A DNA stretch of 64,000 nt from Eledone cirrhosa (Eukaryota): assembly GCA_964016885.1 (NCBI GenBank), contig OZ024742.1, positions 100,626,001 to 100,690,000 on the forward strand. Direction: 5' to 3'. Positions 25,373 to 37,327 of this stretch are shown piece by piece (positions within the stretch are counted from its first letter, which is position 1; every line of letters begins with the position of its first letter). Below the pieces are notes generated by a model. That model was not told the origin of the DNA, searched no databases, and worked only from the letters and a program-made list of their open reading frames with translations. Made by a program: the position numbers and the translations under genes.

Positions 25373-26832
25373 CTTTCTTTTCTTTCAAGAAATAAAAGGT
25401 GTTAACTGCCACAACCAATTAATATTAAGTATATAATAATAACATTTGTCTTTTTTGTTACCTTGGCAACAAAGTTAGCAAAAATGTGCAGGCATAGCTG
25501 TATAGTAAGCTAAATTCATAACAAGGTGATTTGGGGTTCAGTCCCACCTTGCAGCACCTTGGGCAAGTATAATGTTGCTACTCTTTACACATTGCATTTA
25601 CCTTCTATTTAATGTCTTTATTCCAGTTTCCATTAAACCCTCATCCTTTTTTATGTCTGTTTTTCCATGGTTGCATGGGTTATATGTATCATCATCATCA
25701 TCACCATTTAAGATCCATTTGTCCACATTGGCATGGGTTAGACAAGTTATCCTGTTGTAAGCAATGTCCGGTCAGGTGACCATGTCTTGCTCAAATAGAA
25801 CCGATTTTGGCATAGTTTCTACAGCTGGATGCTCTTCCTAGTGCCAACCTCATTTACAGTGAGTACTGGGTGCTTTTTGCCATGAAATAAATGTTAAGAC
25901 AGAACCTACATAATCTTATTTATTATACATATTTTTTTATACTGACATGGAGCTGTTGTGCAATTGTTACAACAGTAACCTACTCTAGTGAGATGTCATG
26001 AGATGTTCACACAATTATATAGGTGGCTTGATATGTTAGCTAATGCGACCATCTTTGCAAAAATACAGCAAAGATATATATATGTACATTTATATATATA
26101 AATATGTGTGTGTCTCTGTGTGTGTGTGTACATACGTATATCCATGTGTGTTTACTATTGTGTCTGTGTTTATGTCCTGTAACTTACCAGTTCAATATAA
26201 AAGATATTGATAAAATAATTACCAGACTATAAAAAAAATAAGTACAGGAGTGTCAATATGACCCACTAAATCAAAGCAGTGCTCTAGTATGGCCACAGTC
26301 TAATGACTGAAACAAGTAAAAATGTATAATAGATATTTTCTTTCTTCTTTGTAATCCAATTTTTTGTGAATTTTGGCTGCTAGAATACCTCACATTCTGT
26401 TCTTGATAAATGATATATAGCTGTTTTATTTATTTATATAGCTACTTATTTATTTATATATTATTTTAATGGAATACAAAGAACATATTTCAGAAATTCC
26501 TTCTCAAGTTTTACCATTTTCAGTGGCATTTCCTATACTTTTATCTTCTTTCTACACCTCATCCCTGTTCTCCCTGTCTCCCTCTCTCCCTATTTTTCCT
26601 TCTTTCTCCCTTCCTCACTTTCTCCCTCCTCCCTCTCTCTTTCCCTCTCTCTCTTTCTCTCTCTCCCTATTTCTCCCCCCCCCCTCTTTCACACCCTCTC
26701 TCTTCCCTCTCTCCTCCCTCTCACCTCTTTCTCCCTCTGTCTTTAATCTTTATCTTCATTTCTCTATATGGGATATATATATATATCATCATCATCATAT
26801 ATATATATATAGATACATATACATATATATAG

Positions 26833-26881
<49 letters not shown>

Positions 26882-27007
26882 TACATATATACATATATAT
26901 ATACATATATATACATATATATATATTTATATATATATATATATATATATACATATATACATATATACATATATACATATATATATACATATATATACAT
27001 ATATATA

Positions 27008-27073
<66 letters not shown>

Positions 27074-27122
27074 CATATATACATATATATATACATATAT
27101 ACATATATACATATATATATAC

Positions 27123-27165
<43 letters not shown>

Positions 27166-27198
27166 TATACACATATATACATATATATATACATATAT

Positions 27199-27258
<60 letters not shown>

Positions 27259-27821
27259 CAACACACAGACACGTGTGTGTGTTTATTATGTTGCTGCGCC
27301 CACTTTTATTGATTTATTTTCCAATCAAAGAGTTAGATTTGTCTGCAGAATGTTACATTACTGATCCAGTTTCAAGTTTGGGTGGTGATGTGATGATGAT
27401 GATGGTAGTGGTGGTGGTGAGGAGGTGGTGGTGGTGGTGGTGGTGTTATGGAAATATATGGTGGGGGTGGAGAAGGGTTATGTTATGGTGGGGACGATGG
27501 GAATGATGGTTTAGAGGTGGTGGTGGTGGTGTGGAAATGAGTTATGCTTTAATAGCTCTGTGGCGGATATAGACAATATCTAAAGTTGTTGTAGTTGTTG
27601 TTGTTTGTTGATTTTGTTGTTTTTGTTGTTCATGTGAATAGATTTGTCTTGGCTGTGATTTAATTAAAACTGGTGGTTGGGGGGTGGTGGGGAGAATGAT
27701 ATTAAAGACATTAAGAAAATAATGAGAATCAGAGAGAGAGAGAGAGAGGGGGCAAGTTGTGAATAGGGGTAGGCATAGTGGTGGGGATGGTAACTTCGTT
27801 TATTTTTACACATACACACAT

Positions 27822-27863
<42 letters not shown>

Positions 27864-27927
27864 GGTAACAAATAATAGTTATATGCAGTCCACTTTGTAT
27901 AGCAAACCGTGTCACTCTTCTTTCCTG

Positions 27928-27969
<42 letters not shown>

Positions 27970-28424
27970 GTAGGCATACAGACATATTTCCAAATATCTT
28001 ATACGCATATGGACATAGATTCATAGATATTTATACATATAGACATATATAAACATACATACAAAAACACCCATGAATTCATTGACAGGCGTAAATATAT
28101 ACATACACATCAGTATAGACATACATACATACATACACACAAACACACATGTATATACATATACATACATCATTCACAGTTATGAAAGCAAACAGACTCC
28201 CACCAAGTGCCTCTCTTGAACAAAAGAACATTTTCTTCTCATCCATAAAGTCTAATAACAAATAACTCCTCCCTGTAATAGAACAACAACCCCTCCCCTC
28301 CACATGTGGGAGTGAGGCGAGCCATTCTTGCCCTCTATGTGTGGGGTGGGGACAACCATGCCTCCTCCACTACAGAACCACAACTGAAATATGTAAGAAT
28401 GGACCCCTACTGGGAAGAAAGAAC

Positions 28425-29170
28425 AGACTCACAGACACATTCACACACACACACATTCACACACACACACATTCACACAAACACACACACATTCACATAT
28501 TCACACACACACACACATTCACACACACACACATTCACACAAACACACACGCACACACACAAGCACACACACATACACTCACACATTCACACATTCACAC
28601 AAACACACACACATTCACACACACACATTCACACAAACACACACACACACACACACACACTCACACATTCATACACACACACATTCACACATTAACACAA
28701 ACACACACACACATACACTCACACATACACTCACACATTCATGCACACACACACTCTAACACACACACACATTGACACATACAAGCCCTTTACATATAGG
28801 CATACTCACACAATACATTCATTGACGGATACATACTAATATATACACACACACAAATGTAGACACCTACATATACACATTGATACATACAATACAGACA
28901 CTTCTCTAAAATGATATACACACAACATATATACAATCACAGTTGCATGCATGCAGCACTTACATACACACCAGCAGAGACACATACATACATATGTATA
29001 TTGAGACAGACACAAACATCGGTATATACACACACATATTTTTATATTGATACATGCACAAAAACATAAGCGAATACACACAAACACACACACACACATA
29101 CACAAACACATATACACAAACACAAACACACAAATACAAATACATAAACATACACACCCACACACAAACA
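28425..29170. repeat. Degenerate (CA)n microsatellite
   Basis: Directly visible. Confidence 0.9.
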
Positions 29171-29177
29171 TATATGT

Positions 29178-29488
29178 GTTGAACATGCATTGGTTCCAAT
29201 GACAAATATTCCAGTTGTAAGACCAACAAAACTGCCTGCTCAAGAAATTAATGTGCAAGTCGCTGAGCATTCCACAGACACGTGTATTCTTAATGTAGTT
29301 CTCAGAGAAATTCAGCATGACACTGTGTAGAACAAGACTGGTCCTATGAGTTACAGACACAATTGTGTGGCCTGGAGCAATGTGAAATGAAATGTCTTGC
29401 TTAAGCACAAAGAATGCCACCAGGAATCAAACTCATGACTTTGCAATTATGAGCTGAACATCCTAACCATTAAGCTATGCACCTTCAC
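29178..29488 (-). mobile_element. tRNA/CORE SINE
   Basis: The minus strand begins GGTGAAGGTGCATAGCTTAATGGTTAGG...GAGTTTGATTCC and continues into a CORE-like segment. Its 3' part matches 7125-7263 and it ends at a (CA/TG)n tract. Confidence 0.75.
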
Positions 29489-30333
29489 CAACACATTCAT
29501 ATGTACATAGATGCACACACACATACACACACTCAACACAAACATGCACATACTTTGATATACATAGACCACCATTGATCATCCTTCTTAGGGCCATATT
29601 ATTCATCATGCTAACTTAGCTAAAGCTTAGGGGGCCCCATGGGAACTAGGACCCCACAGAGACTAAAGACCCATCAATTTGTTTGACTATGGTTGAATAG
29701 TTAGACATGTAAAAATCGATACCCTATTTAAAAAACAGCAACTGAGGATTGGCATCATAAAGAGCCCCTGGACATACCTCAAAAAATATCATCCAACCCA
29801 TACTAGCATGGAAAAGAAGACACAAAAACAATGATGATGTTAAATTAACCTTCTCTTCAGAGATCCTCTGTTGAAAGAAAAGTTAGTTTTAACACCAAAT
29901 TTAAGCAAAGTATTTAACACCAACCATTGCTGACTGTTAGAATGTTTTGATTCTGAGAAAGTAACAGTAGTAGACAAATAGTTTAACAAGAGTGGTGAAC
30001 TAGTAAAATTACTGGAGCAGCAAACACAGAATTTTGGTGTTTACTACTAAAAAATGTTGAGGCAAAGCAAAAACACTCAATGGCAATAGTATGGCCAGGG
30101 CATTGGAATAGCCTAGTACCCTCACTATGAGCATCACCAACAATGACAAGAAATTTGTTGTCAGAGGTCAAGCTTCTCTGAATATCTTGAATGCCACAGG
30201 CTAAAAAAATATAGTTCACTTACAACTTATGGTACTTTAGAAGTTTATTCTGTTTGGCTATGGATGCAGTGACCACCCCATCTTTTTAAAAGTTAAGTTT
30301 CTAATGTAGAGCTCTTCTGCAAAAGAAGATAAT

Positions 30334-30564
30334 TTAACCCTTTAGTATTTATATTACTCTATATTTACTATTGTATTTTTGCAGTAAAGGCTTTACCTCA
30401 CATAATTGTTTACATAATATCGAATCTATTCGATTTTGATATTTTTATTTATTTTGAGAACAATACCTAAACGTCAGTATGAGGGGCCAGTTATAGCCGG
30501 TTTGAACAGAAAGAGGTGTAAGAGTTCTGGCCAGATATGGCCGGTTTAAATGCTAAAGGGTTAA
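30334..30564. mobile_element. TTAA-flanked (piggyBac-like) MITE
   Basis: TTAA-CCCTTTAGTATTTA...TAAATGCTAAAGGG-TTAA shows 14-bp TIRs with one mismatch and a duplicated TTAA. Confidence 0.85.
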
Positions 30565-30601
30565 TCAAGTAATCAGCCCATAAAATTGGTCCATAATTAA
30601 G

Positions 30602-30947
30602 GAGGCACATGGCTTAGTGGTTAGAGCATTGGCCTTGCAATCGAAAGGTTGTGAGTTCAATTCTCAGACCGGGTGATGTGTTGTTTCCTTGAGCAAGACA
30701 CTTTATTTCACATTGCTCCGGTTTACTCAGCTGTAGAAATGAGATGATAGGGACTGGTGTCCCTATCATTCCACTGTAAAGTGGTCGTGGAGGTGCCACG
30801 GCAAAAAAGCACCCAGCACTCACTGTAAATGAGGTTGGTGTTAGAAAGGGCATCCAGTTGTAGAAATCAAGCCAGAATCAGTTCCCGTCCCACCCTTGCA
30901 AGCAGGGAGAAGCGGACATAAAATGAAATGATGAAATGATGATGATG
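30602..30947 (+). mobile_element. Full-length tRNA/CORE SINE with an RTE-derived 3' tail
   Basis: It has an A box TGGCTTAGTGG, a B box GAGTTCAATTC and a CORE segment, then GTTGGTGTTAGAAAGGGCATCCAG...(GAT)n shared with the RTE 3' UTR. The TSD AATTAAG is at 30595-30601 and 30948-30954. Confidence 0.88.
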
Positions 30948-31557
30948 AATTAAGCTAACTTTTTAATGTAGAACTCTCCAGTTAAAAAAGTTGATCAAGT
31001 TATCAACCAATGAAATTGCTCTGTAATAAAGCAAGCTTTTTAATGTAGAGCTCTCCTGTAAAAAAAAACAATCAAGTTATTAGCCAATTAAACTGTTCCG
31101 TAATAACGCTAGCCTTCTAATGTAGAGTTCTCCTGTAAAAAAAATTAATAAATTAATCAAGTTATCACCTGCCAATTAAATCATTTCTTAATGAAGCTAG
31201 CTTTCTAATGTCGAGCTCTCTTGTAAAAGAAGATAAGTTATCAATAATCAAGCCAATTAAATTGTTCCATAATAAAGCAAGCTTTCTAATAGAGAGCTCT
31301 CCTGTAAATGAGGATAATCAAGTTGTTCCATAATAAAGCTAGCTTTCTACTGCAGAACTCTCCTGTAAAAGAGGATAATCAAGTTGTTCCATAATAAAGC
31401 TAGCTTTCTAATGCAGAGCTCTCCCGTAAAAGAAGATAATCAAGTTATCAGCTAATTAAATTGTTCCATAATAAAGCTAGCTTCCGCTGAAGGGTTCTTA
31501 TACAAAAGCTCAATTAAATTGCTCGGAATTCCTAAAGGCTTCTTGCAATCTATCATA

Positions 31558-31632
<75 letters not shown>

Positions 31633-31965
31633 ATAAATGTCTAATGCTCTGCCAACCTATATATGTGTGTGTATCTGTATGTATATATATATATCAATGA
31701 GCTTCTATGTATATGATTAACTGTATGTGTTTTATATTTAAATCGTGACTCCATAGGCTTTAGAGTTAATTTTAGTTTGGTTATGTTTAAGCTGGATTTC
31801 TTCTTTTCCTTCACATCGACATCGACACATACATGTGTATATATCTTTATGTGTATGCAGTTGTTTGTGTCTATATGTGTGTATGTGTTTGCATGTTTCA
31901 ACCACCATCATCACCACAGTTTAATGTCTGTTTTCCATGCTGGCATATATTCACATGCATACATA

Positions 31966-32000
<35 letters not shown>

Positions 32001-32216
32001 GTATATATATATATATAAGTATATATATATGTGTGTGAGTGTGTCAGTGTGTATATATATATATATATATGCATATATGTGTGTATCTGTATATATAAAT
32101 GTATATATATATATGTATATATATATATATACATACATATATGTGTGTGTATATATATATATATATATACATATATGTGTGTATATATGTGTATATATAC
32201 ATACATATATATGTGT

Positions 32217-32273
<57 letters not shown>

Positions 32274-32629
32274 CATATATTTGAATATATGTTGGCACAT
32301 CTGTGATTGTATGTGTATGTGTGTACGTTTTATAATCAGTTCCACTCTCATTTCTCATGAGAATGTCTCTTAATTATTACATTCCTTCTCACTTTTAAAC
32401 ATGCAACAACAACAACAACAACAACAACAACAACTATAACAACAACAAAAAGTAACTAAATAAATAAAGCAAAAGCAATATGAACAATAGTGAAATATTC
32501 TTGTAGGATTTTGTTTAATTTTCTAATTACTGTGGTTGTGGAGAGTAATGAGCAATGGGTAACGAGCGGGGAGAACGACTGATAAATATAAATGAAGAAA
32601 GTAAATAGATATTTTTCATTCATTGAAAT

Positions 32630-33122
32630 CTTTCACTCCTCTCCCTTGCTCTCCCTTCCTCCTCTCCCTTGCTCTCCCTTCCTCTTCTCCTCCTCTTTCC
32701 ATCTGTCCTCACTCCATCTCTCCTATCTCATTCCTTACTACACTTTCTCTTTTTCCTGTCCATTCTCTTCTCTCTCCTTTGTCTCTACTCTTTCTCCTTC
32801 CCCTCCTATTTTCCTCCTCTTCTCAATCCTATGTTCTTTCCTCTCCACTTCCCCTCCCTTCTCACTCCTTTTTTTCTCTCCTCTCTCCTTTCTTTCCTCT
32901 CTCCCATCTCTCATACCTTTCTCCTTCATTTCTACTCTTCCTTCGCTCGTTCCTCTCTCCTCCCTCCTTCATCTCAGCTCTCCTCTCTCCTTCACCCCTT
33001 CTTCTCCTCTCCTCTCTCTCCTCCATCTCCTCTCTCCTCTCTCCTTCATCTCCTCTCTCTTCTCTCTCCTTCATCTCCTCTCTCCTCTCTCCTCCATCTC
33101 CTCACATATTCTTCTCCCCCGT
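32630..33122. repeat. CT-rich polypyrimidine low-complexity tract
   Basis: Directly visible. Similar tracts are at 26560-26740 and 16540-16970. Confidence 0.9.
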
Positions 33123-33296
33123 TTCTCACAGCTGCACTTGATAAAATAATACTAAACAGTAAGACCTGACAACCAAACCTGGAAAAGGCTGAGGTTGGCC
33201 AGGAGGTGGGGACTGAAGAGTATATATAACACTTCACCCCCAACCTTACCATAATCTTCTTCTATTCCCCATTATCCCAAAAACAAAAACAATAGT

Positions 33297-34245
33297 AATA
33301 ATAATTGTTTCTACTTTTGGCACAAGGCCAAAAATTATCCCAGTGCATTACTGGTACTTTATTTTATCGACCCCATAAGGATGAAAGGCAAAGTTAATCT
33401 CAGTGAGATTTGAACTCAGGTTTCTGATTTAGGCACAAGACCAACAATTTGGGGAGAGAGGAAAGTCGATTAAATTGACCCCAATTTATTACTGGTGCTT
33501 TATTTTATCTAGCCCGTAAGGATGAGAGGCAAAGCTAACTTTGGCAGGATTCATAAAGGACTACAACTATATACAGCAAAGCATGTTGACTAACACACCA
33601 CCAATACTGCCACCAATATTGCCAATCCACAACCCTATCCTAAATAATTGTTTCTACTTTTGGCACAAGGCCAGCTATTACCCCAGCTAAATAATGTTTT
33701 CTAGTAATAGTAATTTTCTGACCAACAGGCTAATGCTAAGAGTCGGACCATTTGTTCATGTCATTTTTGCCACAATTACTCAATAGTAATAAGAATGGTT
33801 TCTAATCTAGGAACAAGGCAAGCAATTTAGGAGTGAAAGGCAAAATTGACATCAGTAGTCAACTTTGCTTTTCATCCTATTATATAGTAATGATAATCTT
33901 AATGGCTTCTGATTTAGGCAATTTTAGTACCAGTGCATTACTGGTACTATATTTTATTGACCATGTGAGGAGGAAAGGCAAAGCTAACCTCAATGGGATT
34001 TGAACTCTGAATGTAAAGGGACATAACTATACGTCATGAAGTAAGTTGTCCAATGCTCTACCAATACTGCCAATACACTGCTCTGATGATGATGATAATA
34101 ATGATTTCTACTTTAGGCGCAATGCCAGTAATTTTGGGGGAGGGGAAAGTCAATTAAATCGACCCCAGTGCATTACTGGTGCTTTATTTTAACGACCCCG
34201 TAAGGATGAAAGGCAAAGCGAACCTCAACGGGAATTGAACTCAGG
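33297..34245 (-). mobile_element. Head-to-tail cluster of about 6 (ATT)n-tailed SINE copies and fragments
   Basis: AATAAT-GTTTCTA...GGCACAAGGCC...CATTACTGGTACTTTATTTTATCGACCCC...GATTTGAACTCAG recurs with starts near 33300, 33420, 33643, 33790, 33900 and 34098. Confidence 0.85.
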
Positions 34246-34447
34246 CAGTGGCTTTAAATAGGATTTTACTTACATTGTGATGACTTTTCAAATCCATGCC
34301 AACATGGAAAGCAGATGTACATTAAGGATGATGGCACCATTCTACACACTCCTTTTCTTTATATCAAGTCTGGTCATCTCATAGATGGCCAAAGTCTTGT
34401 CTTCAGTTAACTAAAATTTGCCTTTGCTAGGCTTATTTTCAGGTCAA

Positions 34448-34698
34448 TTAAGCCTTTCATTACCATATTTCTAATGAAAGACACTGTATTTTAACTAATG
34501 AATGTAGAATTTGAAGGGATTTACTAAAATTATTATTTCAATATTAAGATAGTATTTGTAACACGATCTAACAAAATCATATCAAATTACATGGGAAGAT
34601 TTTAATTTAAATAGGAACCCTTTTAAAATGAGTTGTTTTCTTTCATTGAACCAGAGACAGGTTTAAGTGGGTTGGTAGATAACCCTCAAAAGAGTAAA
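34448..34698. mobile_element. TTAA-type non-autonomous DNA transposon remnant (relatives at ~7600-7756, 12719-12920, 59377-59747 and 63150-63357)
   Basis: The copies share TTACCATATTTCTAATGAAA and GAGGGATTTACTAAAATTATT segments and TTAA-CCCTTT-like termini. Confidence 0.65.
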
Positions 34699-35014
34699 TT
34701 GCTTATTTTGCATGTTTGTAATTTATATTTTATATTTCAATAGTTAAGAGTGATAGTCTGTGTGTTTGTCTCACTGGTGCAGTATGATGTGATATATGTT
34801 GGTATTGTTGTTGTTTAGGCCCTGGTATCTCATCATCTAGTAAACTTATAGTGGTCCAATTGTGACTACCCTTTCTTTTAACAGAGATAGTATTTATCAC
34901 TATATCTACTGAACCTCCTTCTTACACAACTAGTAGACTTTGTTCTGCTGCCATGATATTTATAATGATGAATGATAAGATGATACATTTTAAACTTTTG
35001 AATCTGCAAACTCC

Positions 35015-35560
35015 TCGTCTTCTTCTTCTACTTCTTCTTTTTCTTTTTCTCCTCCTGCACCTTCTTCTTCTCTTTCTTCTTCTTCTTCCTGAGAGGGTCA
35101 TGGGGGCAGAGTCCTCAAACACTTCCTCCAGTGGGTCCTGTCAGAAGCAACCGTCTCCAACTGATCTGGCTATATCCCCAAGCATGACCAGCCAAGCAGT
35201 TGTTATCCAACCATCTTGCTCGGGGGTCTCCCCATGTGTCTCATGCCGGCTGGTTTTGCCCTTAAAATCTGTCCAGCGATTCTGTCCTGAGACATTCAAA
35301 CCATATGCTCATAGTATTGGAGCTGTGATCTCTCAATTCGGAAAGGTAGCGGCTCTACCTGGAGTGACTCCCTGATCTCCAAGCTACACACTCTATCAAG
35401 TAATGTTACTCCAAAGACCCTTCAGAGGAACCCCATTTCAGCTGCTTATATTCACAATTGTATTATTTCAGTCACTACCCAAGATTCACGACCATAGGTA
35501 AGGGTTGGCACGAATACTGAATTGAAAATAGCGAGTTTGGCTTTTATGCCTATCTCCCTT
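35015..35560 (-). mobile_element. Degenerate RTE-group LINE fragments with a (GAA)n tail
   Basis: The 3' end GGGGGCAGAGTCCTCAAACA...CAGAAGCA.CCGTCTCCA.TGATCTGGCT is also found at 62785-62862, next to a (TTC)n tract. Confidence 0.6.
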
Positions 35561-36634
35561 CTGTAGTGGTGATAAATATAGTCACCACTGATAAATTTTT
35601 TTTTTTATAATTTGTGCATAGAAACAATTCAGAAAACGAAAATGTTTAGCAATTACAGGAAGGACTGCACGAATTAATATCTCATTTTAATTATCCTACA
35701 TAAAAATTAATGTGATGTAATGGCATAGAGAAATATTAACACACATGTTCTATCAAAGACTAATTACATAGAAAGTAAGTTAAAATGATGTTTGCATGCT
35801 TAATAAATGTGAATGTGTGTGGAACCAAATTATAGATACCTTGTTAGAAAATAACTCTTTATATTAACAATTCATAAATCTCAGTGTCTGAAAGTTTATA
35901 TTTAATACAAGGAAAATATGGGCAGAAAGAAGCTTGCAAAATACAATTCACAACCCAGGAGAAAAATTAAGGCCCTTTTTCCCCAAAATGAACTGAGTCT
36001 CCTTTTATGACTTATCCCAATGCAAAGAGAGATAGGGGATTGGATGATACTACTTACTTAGTGTGTCCATTCGTAGAGTGAGTCTACTCTACAAAATAAA
36101 TAATGGTTTCTAATATAGGCACAAAGCCAGCAATTTGAGGAAAAGGGAAAGTTGATTGTATCGACACCAATTTTGACTAGTACTTTATTATATCAACTCC
36201 AGTAGGATGAATGGCAAAGTTAACCATTGTGAGATTTGAACTCAAATCATAAAGAGCTGGGACAAACATCACAAAGCATTTCATCCAGCACTGTAGCAAT
36301 TCTGCCAAATAATAACAGATTGGAGTAAATAAAGCAAAATCAAAATGAAGAGGAAACATAGCAAGGCAAAAATAGTCAATGAAAAGTCACAGAATGTGTG
36401 ATGAAAGAGCTTTGATATTTAAATAACCCCCTGGTTACTAACCTAAGGAATGGATTAGTTACCTGACTGATAATGGTTTGGGATTTAGGCACAAGGCCAA
36501 CAAATTTGGGGGAGGGGAAAGTCAATTAATCAAATCCAGCGCATTACTGGTACTTTATTTTATTGACTCCATAAGGATGAAAGGCAAAGCTAACCATGGC
36601 AGGATTTGAATTCATATAATTTTTTTTTCTTTTT

Positions 36635-37096
36635 TTTTCTCTCGGATTTTCAATTAATATTTTACATGTTTTTAATAATACGTCTCATTCTGTTGGACCC
36701 TTCCTAAAAACTAATCTTCTAGTATTGTTATTAATTAATTATTTTAAAACCTTCCTGCATCTCGCTCGCTAACTTTGTAAACACTTTGCTCCTTCTCTCA
36801 TATCCCCCTCCCCGTCTGATCGCAAGTATAAAATAAACCTTGCTGGGTTCCCAAGGACAGAATTTATCTATCTATCTAATCTATCTTACGGACGATCTGC
36901 CGATTTTTAGAATGTAAGCAAAATACTTGTCTTTCCTTTTACCCATAGTCCACTCAATAAGCAGAGTTTTAAACTTCTATTTATGCTAGTCTAGAATTTA
37001 AATTCTCCGTTTTTCTCTCGGATTTTCAATTAATATTTTACATGTTTTTAATAATATGTCTCATTCTGATGGACCCTTCCTAAAAACTTATCTTCT
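36635..37096 (+). repeat. Direct repeat of 86 bp (36635-36720 and 37011-37096) in the RTE 5' region
   Basis: TTTTCTCTCGGATTTTCAATTAATATTTTACATG...GGACCCTTCCTAAAAACT.ATCTTCT occurs twice, 376 bp apart, with 3 mismatches. Confidence 0.9.
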
Positions 37097-37327
37097 CATA
37101 AAGTTACCCATTTCCCACCCCCACACACCACCATTGCTATATGGTCCAATCATAACTCAGCAGCTTTAGTAAGTTCTCTAACAAATCAGTATAGCAAAGT
37201 TACCACCTCGGTTACTACTCCTTAAGTTTAGACCTGTTTGATGGGTGGAGTGCGGAATTTGGAAAGTCTAAGCACTCAATGACAATGCTGCAGGACGAGA
37301 ATACAAGGACGCCTCTTTATTTCAGAC

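Larger units (their letters stand above)
30289..31483. repeat. Minisatellite with 61-89 bp units, interrupted by a MITE and a SINE
   Basis: The unit is AAGCTAGCTTTCTAATGTAGAGCTCTCCTGTAAAAGAAGATAATCAAGTT...GTTCCATAATA. Units start near 30289, 30952, 31029, 31106, 31194, 31275, 31336, 31397 and 31475. Confidence 0.92.

Noticed and set aside
32592-33169. Leu/Ser/Pro/Phe-rich ORFs
   Set aside because: They are translations of a CT-rich low-complexity tract.
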